Below, piece after piece: positions 39,825 to 50,161 of a stretch of DNA of 64,000 nt. Origin of the DNA: Akkermansiaceae bacterium (lineage in GTDB: Bacteria > Verrucomicrobiota > Verrucomicrobiia > Verrucomicrobiales > Akkermansiaceae); contig JBPOGF010000012.1 in NCBI GenBank assembly GCA_051251915.1, positions 74,718 through 138,717 of the forward strand, given 5' to 3'. The notes beneath the pieces are model-generated. The model worked only from the letters and a program-made list of their open reading frames with translations. It did not search any database and was not told the origin of the DNA. Within the stretch, counting starts at the first letter, position 1. The number at the start of each line of letters is the position of its first letter. The position numbers and the translations under genes were made by a program.

Positions 39825-41219
39825 CTACTTTGTAGGAGGAAGAACCAAGATAGCATTCGTCATACTAAATGCCTTCCCCGCATCCATACTCTTCTTCGCA
39901 TGCCCTTCACCCCAAGAATCAGAATAAATAAGTTCTTTCTTCTCCTCATTATACCCGATAATCAGACGCATATGCCCACCATTTGCTTGCGGAAGGCCTG
40001 GCTCAGGGAACAGCCCTAATTTCAAACACCAACCTACGGGAATTCCCTGATCAATGTATTCCTCAATCTTATTCTGGAACCTCGAAAACGAGTTTTTCTG
40101 CATCATCACTTCTCGGAAAGTTTCCGGATCGCATTTCTGAGTAAAGTAATCGAAGCTAATATACTGCTTACTAGAAACCCGAGTATATTCCTTCTCCCCC
40201 GCAAACGGAATCCCCTTTTTCCCTGTCTTCTTAGCCAACTGTTGATAAGAATTAACATCACGCATCATCTCCTTAATTCCACTGACAAGCTGCTTACTAT
40301 ACGGATCATCATCACTCAAACCTTTAGGATACTCATATAAAATATTCACCCTTGAGTTAAGACTACCTGTCACCTTCTTCAATGACCCCACCATCTCACG
40401 AAGCGAAGTTCCCCCTCCAGCACTAGAACCAGCTAGCTGAGCTATTTCATGCTGATCTGTTGTTCTCCCATAATACTGATAAATCCTAGCCGCAGAAGCA
40501 CAAGCACAATAACCCTTTTTACCCTGATCAACCATAGGAATATTATCAATGTAAACATCACCAGTTTTTTTATCACGCACCACATTTTTCCTCAACGAAG
40601 TTCGATCTGCAGTAGCCTCTCCCTGTTTAGCCGTCTTGTTTGACATCAACCTAAATCTCAAAAACTCTGGTTGAACTCTACCTGAACTCGATTTTTCAAG
40701 CCTATATGATGTTCCCTCAGTCTCCCAAGTAAACCGTGTTAAATCCACAGTACCCTTATTCTCTTCCACTCTAGGCTGCATAGCCAACTTCTCTGAAATA
40801 CGCTGCTCCAATTCACTAGCCAGACGATTAAACACAGCGATCGTTGTCGGGCCATTATCACCTTTGTTATAAAAAGAAATCGAGATCCCCTTCAACTCTT
40901 TACCTTCGTTCGATATGATTACAGTTTCACCCGCTGGCACATCCAACATTTTAAACCCAGTCCCCACTGAACGAAGGCCTTTTTGGGCTGATGACTGCCA
41001 CTCAAAACCAAACCTCTTATTCTCCGGGGCTTTCTCAAAGTCAGCAATCGTAGTATCCCACAGATCTTGGTCGAAAATAAACGATGATATATCCTTAGCG
41101 CTAATAACTTTTTTAGCAACAGGCTTCCTAACCTTCTTCTTTCTTTTTTTTTGCGCATCTGCAACACCACAAAATAAAACTCCCGTGATACTCACACTGA
41201 CTATAACCCATCTTTTCAT
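39825..41219 (-). CDS. Secreted C39-like cysteine peptidase domain protein
   Basis: Signal peptide; PMVDQGKKGYC, GGHMRLIIGY, SDSWG (Q/C/H/D set). Confidence 0.75.
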   Translation of the reverse strand: MKRWVIVSVSITGVLFCGVADAQKKRKKKVRKPVAKKVISAKDISSFIFDQDLWDTTIADFEKAPENKRFGFEWQSSAQKGLRSVGTGFKMLDVPAGETVIISNEGKELKGISISFYNKGDNGPTTIAVFNRLASELEQRISEKLAMQPRVEENKGTVDLTRFTWETEGTSYRLEKSSSGRVQPEFLRFRLMSNKTAKQGEATADRTSLRKNVVRDKKTGDVYIDNIPMVDQGKKGYCACASAARIYQYYGRTTDQHEIAQLAGSSAGGGTSLREMVGSLKKVTGSLNSRVNILYEYPKGLSDDDPYSKQLVSGIKEMMRDVNSYQQLAKKTGKKGIPFAGEKEYTRVSSKQYISFDYFTQKCDPETFREVMMQKNSFSRFQNKIEEYIDQGIPVGWCLKLGLFPEPGLPQANGGHMRLIIGYNEEKKELIYSDSWGEGHAKKSMDAGKAFSMTNAILVLPPTK

Positions 41220-41348
41220 ACAAATAACCTACAGATAAAATAGTGGATATCAAACAACTATTTAAACAAAGAAATTAATATTGAACGAAAACCAAATATC
41301 CATGTCTGAGCTCTTTAAGAAACAAGGAATGAATGCTCAACGTAACAC

Positions 41349-41374
41349 CCAGTTGTGACACATATCACAACTGG
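41349..41374. promoter_or_regulatory. Palindromic operator (CRP/Rex-like)
   Basis: CCAGTTGTGA-CACATA-TCACAACTGG, perfect 10-bp arms. Confidence 0.7.
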
Positions 41375-41392
41375 ATGATATATATTTTAATT

Positions 41393-41534
41393 CATGTTTT
41401 TATTCATAAGTTATTTGATCTTTGTGTGTGATCAAAAGCAGGTTTTCCTCAAGTCACGGAAAACATAAGTTGTTCCCTCCCAGCCCAAGAAAGGGTAGGT
41501 CGTAGAATTACTAACTACGATCTACCTTATCTTT
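41393..41534 (+). ncRNA. Putative sRNA with anti-SD-like CCCUCCC segment
   Basis: -10-like TATATT at 41381, two short hairpins, C-rich linker, terminator stem with G-U pairs only on + strand. Confidence 0.45.
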
Positions 41535-42260
41535 CTACCAAACCCCTTGCTCTTTCAATTGTTTAGTCGCAGCTTCCGCCCATCCTCGATTAGCCGCTGG
41601 TGACGCTGGCGATGGATGTAGAACCCTTCCTATCTTACCTTTATAGTCAGGCATATACTCCTTAATTGTTGCTTTAAACTGCTTCTCAGCAAAGGCTCCA
41701 ACACCGATAAGGAACTCCGGTTGCATCGCATTAATTTGCTGAGCCAAATGCCACCTGCAAGCAGCATCCACAGGCTCCATCTCAGAACGCGACAATTTAT
41801 CAGGGGTAATATTTTTCCCAGTCTCACCCATCCATACCAACGGACAGAAATTCGTAACAAAATGATCAGCAAAGAAGTCACAAGCATTGGGATAGAGCTC
41901 AGAAAACAAACCCCACAAACGCTTTCCACTAACCTCAGATCGAGGACAGCCAAACCCTTGAATTGGTCGCTTAGGATGCTCGTTCTCAGGTGCTGCCACT
42001 AAGGAACTAATCCCCATCCAATCAGATACCGCCGATATTTCACCAAATGGCACACCTGTCTGCGCCATCCCCCACGGGCCAGGATTCATCCCCAAGAACA
42101 ACACCCGCTTCTTACCTTGACCAAATCTCTCTAGGTATATTTGATGCGGCTCCCAAGCGTAAACCAAAGGGTTGTAAGTATGCGTCACTGGCTCGGAGAA
42201 GCGCAAACCGCTAAGCTTACTGATCAATCTCTTGGCTACACGCTGAAGTTGTTCTGACAT
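41535..42260 (-). CDS. SMUG1-family uracil-DNA glycosylase (start revised to MSEQL)
   Basis: GMNPGPWGMAQTGVPFG, SEVSG.RLW, HPSP. Confidence 0.92.
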   Translation of the reverse strand: MSEQLQRVAKRLISKLSGLRFSEPVTHTYNPLVYAWEPHQIYLERFGQGKKRVLFLGMNPGPWGMAQTGVPFGEISAVSDWMGISSLVAAPENEHPKRPIQGFGCPRSEVSGKRLWGLFSELYPNACDFFADHFVTNFCPLVWMGETGKNITPDKLSRSEMEPVDAACRWHLAQQINAMQPEFLIGVGAFAEKQFKATIKEYMPDYKGKIGRVLHPSPASPAANRGWAEAATKQLKEQGVW

Positions 42261-42419
42261 ACCCAAAATCATGCTATACTTCAACCCACCATAGCACGTA
42301 CAAAATTCCCCACATCCAATAACGCCACTTCAAATATTACTAAATTTAAAACAGACCAACACTCCGCCTCTACCATTTTCCTCCATCACTTCGCACTTGC
42401 ATTTTCTATGAGCTAAGGC

Positions 42420-42980
42420 ATGAGTAGTCCTATGCATCAAGAAATCATACTCGAGCGCGAAGTCGAAGCGGTTCAAATCCCTAGTGGTGACGCCATCACC
42501 CTACCTCAAGGCACCCCAGTGATGATCACTCAGACACTCGGTGGCACCTACACAGTTGCTACCCAAGCTGGATTAGCCAGAATCTCATCCAAGGATATTG
42601 ATGCGCTAGGCATCGACCCAAATGAACAAGCTGAGAAATCTGCTCAGTCTGAAGCTCTCAAAGATGCCCCCCTAGAAGACCAAGTCTGGGCCTCACTCAA
42701 AGAAGTGTATGATCCTGAAATCCCAGTTGACATCGTTAACCTAGGCCTAGTCTATGATTGCATTCTAGAAGAAAACGATGCAGGTAAAACCACAGTAAAT
42801 GTAAAAATGACACTCACCGCACCTGGCTGCGGTATGGGTCCAGTCATCGCTGCAGACGCTCAGTCACGCATCATGACCATCGAAGGCATCGAAGACGCCA
42901 GCGTTGATCTAGTCTGGGATCCAGTCTGGAACCAAGACATGATCACGGAAGAAGGCAGAATGAAACTAGGAATGGTTTAA
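42420..42980 (+). CDS. sufT: Putative Fe-S cluster assembly protein SufT (DUF59)
   Basis: ITQTLGG, YDPEIPVDIVNLGLVY, MTLTAPGCGMG. Confidence 0.88.
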   Translation: MSSPMHQEIILEREVEAVQIPSGDAITLPQGTPVMITQTLGGTYTVATQAGLARISSKDIDALGIDPNEQAEKSAQSEALKDAPLEDQVWASLKEVYDPEIPVDIVNLGLVYDCILEENDAGKTTVNVKMTLTAPGCGMGPVIAADAQSRIMTIEGIEDASVDLVWDPVWNQDMITEEGRMKLGMV

Positions 42981-43001
42981 TTCCGCTCCTTCCTCCCTCA
43001 T

Positions 43002-44312
43002 CTACCCCCCCACATGCACCATTCCTGCAACTGTCGCAGAGAGTAAGCTTGCCAGCGTACCCGCAATCAAAGCTTTCATACCCAGAGCCGCGATCATTGA
43101 TTTACGCTCAGGTGCCAATACTCCTATCCCCCCCAACTGAATACCAATTGAAGAAAAATTGGCGAAGCCACACAACGCAAACGTCGACAAGAAGACATTG
43201 CGTGAAGAAATCGTCCCCGCATCCTTCATCTGACCAAGCTCCATGAAAGCGAAAAATTCATTTGAAACCATCTTCATCCCCAAGAGCTTGCCTATGCTAA
43301 GCAACTCTCCAGAAGCCCCTATCAGCCACGCGATAGGAGCAAAAACATATCCTAAGATAGCCCCCAAACTCAGCGACGTAAACTGACCATCACTTGCTGA
43401 CGCTATCGCTGTATTCAGATTTCCATCCTCAGATCCGATTACCCCAACCCAATTTCCCAATCCGTAATCAATCATCGCTATCAACGCCACGAAAACGATC
43501 AACATCGCCCCGATGTTCAACGCCAGCTTCAGCCCCTCGCTTGTCCCGTTCGCTATACTCTCCAGCATGTTCGACCCCACCTTCTCCTTGCTCACCTTTA
43601 GGTCTCTATCCACCTCCCCCATCTCAGGCTCCATAATCTTGGCCAAAGCCAGAGCAGCCGGTGCATTCATCAGCGACGCACAAAGTAATATCTTCGCAAA
43701 CTCCTTCTTACCCTCTGGATCATCTCCACCTAAAATAGCAATGTAAGCCACCATGACCGCTCCTGCTATAGTCGCCATCCCCCCAGTCATCAACGCCATT
43801 ATTTCAGAACGAGACATCTTATTAATATACGGCTTGATCATCAGCGGAGCCTCAGTCTGACCTAAAAACACATTAGCGGCCATCGCCAAACTCTCCGCTC
43901 CAGACAACTTCATAGCCCTGCTCATCACCCACGCCAATCCCTTCACTACCCATTGTAAGACACCTAAATAGTAAAGTAATGAAGTAAGAGCCGAGAAAAA
44001 TATCACGGTCGGCAAGATCTGAAAGGCAAACACAAACCCTACCCCATCACCACTCGCTAGACTCCCAAACACAAATTCAGATCCCACTTTCGTGAAATCA
44101 GACACTTGTGAAAAAAAGCCACCAATATAAGTAAACACAATCGCCACGGATTTAAAATTAAGCACCAAGATCGCAATCAAGAACTGTAGCGTCAAGCCAG
44201 CCCCAACAATCCTCCAATTAATAGATTTTCGGTGACTGCTCAGCGCCCAAGCAATGAATAGAAAAACTAGAATTCCTGGCACCCCACGCACTACATTTTC
44301 AAGCCAACTCAT
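43002..44312 (-). CDS. NupC/CNT family nucleoside transporter
   Basis: LPTVIFFSAL, FLGQTEAP, NEFFA, CGFANFSSIGI. Confidence 0.92.
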   Translation of the reverse strand: MSWLENVVRGVPGILVFLFIAWALSSHRKSINWRIVGAGLTLQFLIAILVLNFKSVAIVFTYIGGFFSQVSDFTKVGSEFVFGSLASGDGVGFVFAFQILPTVIFFSALTSLLYYLGVLQWVVKGLAWVMSRAMKLSGAESLAMAANVFLGQTEAPLMIKPYINKMSRSEIMALMTGGMATIAGAVMVAYIAILGGDDPEGKKEFAKILLCASLMNAPAALALAKIMEPEMGEVDRDLKVSKEKVGSNMLESIANGTSEGLKLALNIGAMLIVFVALIAMIDYGLGNWVGVIGSEDGNLNTAIASASDGQFTSLSLGAILGYVFAPIAWLIGASGELLSIGKLLGMKMVSNEFFAFMELGQMKDAGTISSRNVFLSTFALCGFANFSSIGIQLGGIGVLAPERKSMIAALGMKALIAGTLASLLSATVAGMVHVGG

Positions 44313-44394
44313 AGAACTTATTTTATTATCATTTCATCACCTATCTGGCAAGTTCTCCCTTGTATCAATCTAGGTACACTTTATAAATGTCTCC

Positions 44395-45015
44395 ATGATC
44401 AGAATTCTTAACCATCCCGTCATTAACTCTAAGATCACACAGCTACGTTGCGAGTCTACCAAGCCAGCAGAGTTCAGGAGACTTACCCAAGAAATATCCA
44501 TGATGATGGTTCCCTCCGTCACTGACAGATTCACCACCGTCGACATAGAAGTCCAGACTCCCATTGAAAAGGCACTCTTCCCTACCCTTGCCATGCCCAT
44601 CGTCCTAGTTCCTATTCTAAGAGCTGGGCTAGGTTTAATCGAAGGCTTCCACGCCGCACTACCAGAAGCCTCAGTCGCCCACATCGGCATGGCTCGAAAT
44701 GAGGAAACCCTACAACCTGAAACTTATTACCTCAACGCTCCTCAAGAACTAGCCAGCGCCGAGGTCATCGTCCTAGACCCCATGCTCGCGACCGGTGGAT
44801 CAGCCATCGCCACAGTCAATGAACTCAAAAAAAAGAACGCAAAGAAAATCACCTTTGTAGGCCTTCTCTCTGCACCTGAAGGAACTCGAGCCCTACATGA
44901 GGCACACCCAGACATAGATATCATCATCGCAACTCAAGACCGCGAATTAAATGCACAAGGCTACATTTGCCCAGGTCTAGGAGATGCCGGAGATCGCATT
45001 TTCGGCACAATTTAG
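44395..45015 (+). CDS. upp: Uracil phosphoribosyltransferase
   Basis: PILRAG, DPMLATGGS, PGLGDAGDRIFGT. Confidence 0.96.
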   Translation: MIRILNHPVINSKITQLRCESTKPAEFRRLTQEISMMMVPSVTDRFTTVDIEVQTPIEKALFPTLAMPIVLVPILRAGLGLIEGFHAALPEASVAHIGMARNEETLQPETYYLNAPQELASAEVIVLDPMLATGGSAIATVNELKKKNAKKITFVGLLSAPEGTRALHEAHPDIDIIIATQDRELNAQGYICPGLGDAGDRIFGTI

Positions 45016-45149
45016 GCGTTTTTATTAAAATACTCACTCCCAAACTGCTAAATTCACCTCATTTATATCAAATGTTCACTTTTTTTAAAACTTTGTGAAA
45101 TATATTATTTGATTATATTAATGAAATATGCTAACCCTACTCATACTTC

Positions 45150-45983
45150 ATGAGAAGAACCCCCAATAGTTATAAAGTTCCCACTACGCACACAAAGACC
45201 AGCAAGCCTATTTGCCATGTGATCGTAGTGCTTTTACTATCTTTATCTTTCTCTAATCTTTCTAAGGCTCAGACATTTTGGCTCATGGTTCACGATGAAA
45301 TAAATGTGGCTAACCGAGCTGCTAACTCTCAGAAATTCGTCAGCGCTAGAAACATTATCGCATCCACCAGCCGCGATCAAAAGAACCCAACTGAGTGGAG
45401 AAATAACATCACAGCCACCGTTTTTTGGGTCGGAGAAGACGCTTGTGAAGCCAACCCTGTGCACAATTACGCAAGCTCATGGGATGTCAATTGGATGAAA
45501 TCTTATGGAGGCGTCGATTGCCCCATCAACCGTGTAGGTCTCCGCCCTAAAAAATTTCAGCCTAAGATGAACCCATTCTACATCGCTCTTCCATATAACG
45601 ACATTGCTCGAAATGGCTCTTCCCACAAAGAAGAAGCCCCAAAAGTAATCAGTTGGTATCACGAAGAATACAAAAGCAAATTTGAGTCAGTTTGTAAGGG
45701 TAAGTGGATTGCCATCAAACATGGTAACAAAATCTGCTACGCCCAATGGGAAGACTGCGGGCCATTTTACACCAATGATTACGAATATGTCTTCCTCGGA
45801 AAGCAACCCAAGAAAAACCGCAACAACAATGCCGGTATCGACCTCAGCCCAGCAGTCCGTGATTTCCTCGGTGTCCGCAGTGGCCAAAAAGTCTCCTGGA
45901 AGTTCGTAGATGACCTAGACGTTCAGAGCGGACCTTGGGCCAAATGGCTCCCCTATCAAGGCATCCTCTCAAAGTATCCATAG
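45150..45983 (+). CDS. Exported hypothetical protein, possible double-psi beta-barrel (RlpA/expansin-like) fold
   Basis: Hydrophobic leader; ATVFW, YIALPY, WEDCGP, IDLSPAV pattern. Confidence 0.55.
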   Translation: MRRTPNSYKVPTTHTKTSKPICHVIVVLLLSLSFSNLSKAQTFWLMVHDEINVANRAANSQKFVSARNIIASTSRDQKNPTEWRNNITATVFWVGEDACEANPVHNYASSWDVNWMKSYGGVDCPINRVGLRPKKFQPKMNPFYIALPYNDIARNGSSHKEEAPKVISWYHEEYKSKFESVCKGKWIAIKHGNKICYAQWEDCGPFYTNDYEYVFLGKQPKKNRNNNAGIDLSPAVRDFLGVRSGQKVSWKFVDDLDVQSGPWAKWLPYQGILSKYP

Positions 45984-46152
45984 TGGCCTAGTGATTGTGA
46001 AAGTTACTTGAGCACATGATAAATAAAATTGAGATCACTGGTGCTAAGATTTTGTGTTTAGTCAAAGCTCTGCGAAGGAGCAAATAAGTCTCTATGACTG
46101 ATCAGCTACGCTGCAAATCCAAGTCTTTAAAACAATTCCAGTAGCTACAATT

Positions 46153-46755
46153 TTACTTAATGTGCTCTAATTCAGCCGCCACTTTAGCGATAGCCCTTGG
46201 ATACAACTCATGCTCTTGAACCTGGATTCTCTCATGGAGACTTCCAGCTGTATCATCAGCTAAAACAGGCACCTTCGCCTGAAGAATGATCGGACCAGTA
46301 TCCATCCCTGCATCCACATGATGCACTGTACAGCCACTCTCAGTAGCTCCATCATCAACAGCCTGCTTCCAAGCCATGAGCCCTGGGTAAGCAGGTAAAA
46401 TAGATGGGTGGATATTTAGAATTCGACCCGGAAATACATCTAGTAGTGGCTGCTTCACCAAACGCATGAAACCAGCTAGACAGACAATATCTACCCCTGC
46501 ATGTTTGAGCATCGCAGCCACGGCAGCCTGACTATCATCAGGAAACTTTGTCTTGAAACCACCACAATCGATCACTTCCGCGCGCAAGCCTGCATTCCTA
46601 GCTCGCTCTAATATATAAGCATCAGGAAAATCTGACATCACTAAGACAATCTCAGCATTCAGATCTCCGACCTCAATAGCATCCATAATAGCCTGCATAT
46701 TTGAACCTGAACCAGAACCCAAAACTCCTAATTTTATTATCTTTAAATCTTGCAT
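46153..46755 (-). CDS. purN: Phosphoribosylglycinamide formyltransferase
   Basis: SGSGSNMQA, LAGFMR, NIHPSILP, DTGPII. Confidence 0.95.
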   Translation of the reverse strand: MQDLKIIKLGVLGSGSGSNMQAIMDAIEVGDLNAEIVLVMSDFPDAYILERARNAGLRAEVIDCGGFKTKFPDDSQAAVAAMLKHAGVDIVCLAGFMRLVKQPLLDVFPGRILNIHPSILPAYPGLMAWKQAVDDGATESGCTVHHVDAGMDTGPIILQAKVPVLADDTAGSLHERIQVQEHELYPRAIAKVAAELEHIK

Positions 46756-46769
46756 TGCTCTACTTCAGC

Positions 46770-48950
46770 TTAATTTGTGTTTTCTGCCTGCGCTAACTTC
46801 TTAGCCAGCTTTTTCGAGCGGTTCTGCTCCATCACCACCAAGGCCATCGCCATTCCAACCATCATGATCAGAAACTCCATACCATAGAAAACCCAGATAT
46901 TAGTCATCGCCTTAGCACTTGTGAAACCATAGTTGTGCAGCCCCACTCCAAGGAAATTCACATGCCACCATGAGAACACAATCACCATAAAACCGAAAAC
47001 ACTACAAACGTGCGTGCCTATCTCTCTGATGTATCCACCTAATCGAGCATGAAGTATCACCAGCATCCAGATCACGATGAGTAGTGCACCATTTTCTTTA
47101 GGATCCCAGCCCCAGAATCTCCCCCATGAGTCAGCCGCCCATATACCACCAAGAATAGTTCCTATCAGACTGAACAGCAGAGTAAACGCCACCATCCCGT
47201 AAACAATCTTCGTCAAGTAAAGTCTAGTCTCCTTATCATCGATGACGCCAAAGACTCTACCAATAATATAAAAGTGAGAAATACAAGCCGCCACAATGCC
47301 GCCCATATATCCTAGCGTGATCATTACCACGTGAGTCGATAGCCAATAATTAGACTTCAGCACCGCAACCAAAGGATCCATCTGATCACGCGCATCACTA
47401 ATCTCAAAACTCTTCGCCAAGAACAGCACAGCCACTCCAAAACAAATCGCCACACCTAGTAGAATCCCTTTCTTATGAATCCATTCTATCATTAAGAGCA
47501 ACAGCAAGCCCGCTCCCACAATAAATGGCATCGTATCGTAAAGTGTGCCAATCGGCGACCGATCCATAATCCATGAACGATGCACAATACCCGCCACAGT
47601 AAACAAGCAAGCCAAGGCCGTAAGTCCATAAACAAACCAGTAAATGATCTGACTAAGTCTAGTCCCAATACAAAGACACATCACAATCAACAAAATCCCA
47701 GCAAACAAAAGAATTGCGATTCCGTTGTTAAAGTAACTCATCTTGTTAAGCAAAATCTCACCAGTAATATGCCCCCCCTCATCACCGAAATGCACATGAT
47801 TCTCATACTTCTTCTTAAACGCGCTTACTGCATCCAGCTGCTTCCCAGCATCACCAGAGGTAAATGCATTTTGCAGCTTCTCCAGCGCTATCGCCTCATC
47901 CATCACCACCTCAGGGAACCGCGTATTATTCTTAAAGCCCTCTAGTTCATTTTCATAACGAGGAAGCCTCTCCGTATAAGCCTGAAAAAGGGGTAAATAA
48001 TCATCAAAAAATCCATCCACACTATCTGCAGTAAGCGCCCCATGCTTTTCTTTCAGAGCCGCTACCTGACTCGCATAAAATTGATATACCTCCATATTAG
48101 CCTTCGCCACAGGAGCAAATCTTGATCCCACCGAGGACCACGCCTCTTCCCCTGGAGTAGGATTAATGATCAATTTAGAAAATTCTCCAAAATCACTGAT
48201 CCCACTCATCAGAATAGCATCAGCCACTATCTTGCCATCCAGCACACCGATAACCTGCATTTTATCATTACCCGCCTGCTTCACCATCTCAAGTTGGTTC
48301 TCAGCTCGGTTACTCGCAAAGAAGCTCTCTAGATCAGGAAACCCTGAAGCCTTCTTCAACTCCTCATCAAGAATGAAAGGATTTTTAAGCCCGTGATACG
48401 TTTGCAGAAGTCTCGCAAATGCATACATCTGCTCCTGCTCAGAAGAGAGACTCTTCTCACCAGCCTTACCTATCTGTTTGTGAATCGCCTCATACGCATT
48501 CTGTAACTCAGTGAGGTGAGGCTTGATCTGGTCAAAACTATACCGGTCTCTTAGCGACTGCACATCCATCCCAACCTGCTCCAAGATATCTGAGTTATCC
48601 ACTCGGAAACTTGGTAAATGATCTGCCATCTCCGGACGGAACATCACATCCATCAGCCACTCAGTAGGGGTAAGCTTTTCCTTCTTACCCTCTAACAAAA
48701 TCTTCATCCCCCGGTCACCATGCATCGCATACATATACCGCCTAGCAAGCGTCTGAAATGGCTTTATTCTTCCACCATCCTGCACTGGCAAACTACGCAT
48801 TTCCTCCACCACGCGCTCGTCCCACTTCGTATAACCACCCACATCCTTCGGCGGTGACTTCACGATGAGACTCTTTATCCCCATCCCCGCCACAGCGAGG
48901 ATAACTAGCATGGTCAACGAGAACCCTAAAACCCTAACTTTCTTGTTCAT
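46770..48950 (-). CDS. ccsA: Cytochrome c biogenesis system II protein CcsA with large N-terminal periplasmic domain
   Basis: WAADSWGRFWGWDPKE WWD motif, THVVMITLGY, GLHNYG. Confidence 0.9.
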   Translation of the reverse strand: MNKKVRVLGFSLTMLVILAVAGMGIKSLIVKSPPKDVGGYTKWDERVVEEMRSLPVQDGGRIKPFQTLARRYMYAMHGDRGMKILLEGKKEKLTPTEWLMDVMFRPEMADHLPSFRVDNSDILEQVGMDVQSLRDRYSFDQIKPHLTELQNAYEAIHKQIGKAGEKSLSSEQEQMYAFARLLQTYHGLKNPFILDEELKKASGFPDLESFFASNRAENQLEMVKQAGNDKMQVIGVLDGKIVADAILMSGISDFGEFSKLIINPTPGEEAWSSVGSRFAPVAKANMEVYQFYASQVAALKEKHGALTADSVDGFFDDYLPLFQAYTERLPRYENELEGFKNNTRFPEVVMDEAIALEKLQNAFTSGDAGKQLDAVSAFKKKYENHVHFGDEGGHITGEILLNKMSYFNNGIAILLFAGILLIVMCLCIGTRLSQIIYWFVYGLTALACLFTVAGIVHRSWIMDRSPIGTLYDTMPFIVGAGLLLLLMIEWIHKKGILLGVAICFGVAVLFLAKSFEISDARDQMDPLVAVLKSNYWLSTHVVMITLGYMGGIVAACISHFYIIGRVFGVIDDKETRLYLTKIVYGMVAFTLLFSLIGTILGGIWAADSWGRFWGWDPKENGALLIVIWMLVILHARLGGYIREIGTHVCSVFGFMVIVFSWWHVNFLGVGLHNYGFTSAKAMTNIWVFYGMEFLIMMVGMAMALVVMEQNRSKKLAKKLAQAENTN

Positions 48951-50160
48951 CTTCTTTTCTGATTCCCTTCTCTTTTCTGGTTTCTCTTTCTAAATACTTC
49001 GACAACTTAAATGCAAAATGAATCAACAACCCGATCGCTGAAATCCACATACACACCTTCGGCCACTGATCCGCAGGGTTTGTCACTATCTCAAATCCTG
49101 AAAACTCCAACCCATTAATAGGCTCATTCCAGTTCGCCTGATAAAGAGTGAATCCTTTATAGCGCATAGGATGGTTCATCTTAATCGTCTGAATCTTCTC
49201 CTGCTCCTCATCCTCACCCGTCCAAGCTATCGTGCTCTGGAACTTACTAGGTCTGCGCGTCCCAGGGTAATATTCACCCACAGAATTGATCAAATCCACC
49301 TTGAACGGCATTTTCCAGATCTCATTCGGCATCTCAACCCCGTAAAGCTTACCTCCAACAGAAAACGTCTGTGGAAACGCGATTGATCGACACAACAGCA
49401 ACGTCTTAGAAGGCTCGCCATTCTTAGGCTTAACCAGCACATAGCACCCGTAGTTATAATAATCGGTACTAGTATCCAGCTTCGCAGGATGAAGAAAGAA
49501 GCCATCCACGATCTCACCAGAATTCTTACCTCTAGCCTGTTGCGAAGCATCCATCACCACCACATTTTCTTGAAAATGCCTCACCTCTAGATCAAACGGC
49601 AACTCCTCAAAAGTAAACCTACGCATCCTCTCCTCAAGATCTGAAATCATATCATGCTTTATCACATAAGGCTTCTTCTTCTCACCCTCAGCACTAAACT
49701 CAGACACCTCTATCGAAGAATAATCAAACTTCGTAGCATAATCATAACGCTCACCTTGAAAAACCTCCATTTTACCATGGATAGAACGATGATGATCCAC
49801 AAATCCTACCACCAAAAGAGAAACAATACCCATGTGAGACAACACCACACCAATATTCCTCCAACCCTTTCGAAGTCTCAAAATACCACCCAGCATCATG
49901 TTCACAAACAACACACAGCAAACCCAGTAAGCACCAGGCAACCATATAAAGAGAGATTTCCCGCCATTGATTTCAGGTTTAACCCAGAATTTATTACTAC
50001 TATAATACTTATCCAGTGCCGCAGACAAACCAATATCCTGCATCTCCAGTGTGCTAAACCACACCAACAAACCTAGCAGGACTAAGCAGATAACGCAGAG
50101 TAAATAACTAGAAAAGAAATCCAGTATCCGCACAGCTATGTTTTTATTCTTCTTAGACAT
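48934..50160 (-). CDS. ResB/CcsB-like cytochrome c biogenesis protein (start revised to MSKKNK)
   Basis: Three N-terminal TMs with SHMG, MNHPMRYKGFTLYQA, C-terminal TM with His; upstream of ccsA. Confidence 0.8.
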   Translation of the reverse strand: MSKKNKNIAVRILDFFSSYLLCVICLVLLGLLVWFSTLEMQDIGLSAALDKYYSSNKFWVKPEINGGKSLFIWLPGAYWVCCVLFVNMMLGGILRLRKGWRNIGVVLSHMGIVSLLVVGFVDHHRSIHGKMEVFQGERYDYATKFDYSSIEVSEFSAEGEKKKPYVIKHDMISDLEERMRRFTFEELPFDLEVRHFQENVVVMDASQQARGKNSGEIVDGFFLHPAKLDTSTDYYNYGCYVLVKPKNGEPSKTLLLCRSIAFPQTFSVGGKLYGVEMPNEIWKMPFKVDLINSVGEYYPGTRRPSKFQSTIAWTGEDEEQEKIQTIKMNHPMRYKGFTLYQANWNEPINGLEFSGFEIVTNPADQWPKVCMWISAIGLLIHFAFKLSKYLERETRKEKGIRKEDEQES

Positions 50161-50161
50161 C

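Noticed and set aside
41414..41436. FNR box (TTGAT...ATCAA)
   Set aside because: Spacing is 11 nt rather than 4; better read as an RNA hairpin
45093..45110. Rex-like site upstream of the 45150 gene
   Set aside because: Only the TTGTGAA half-site is present
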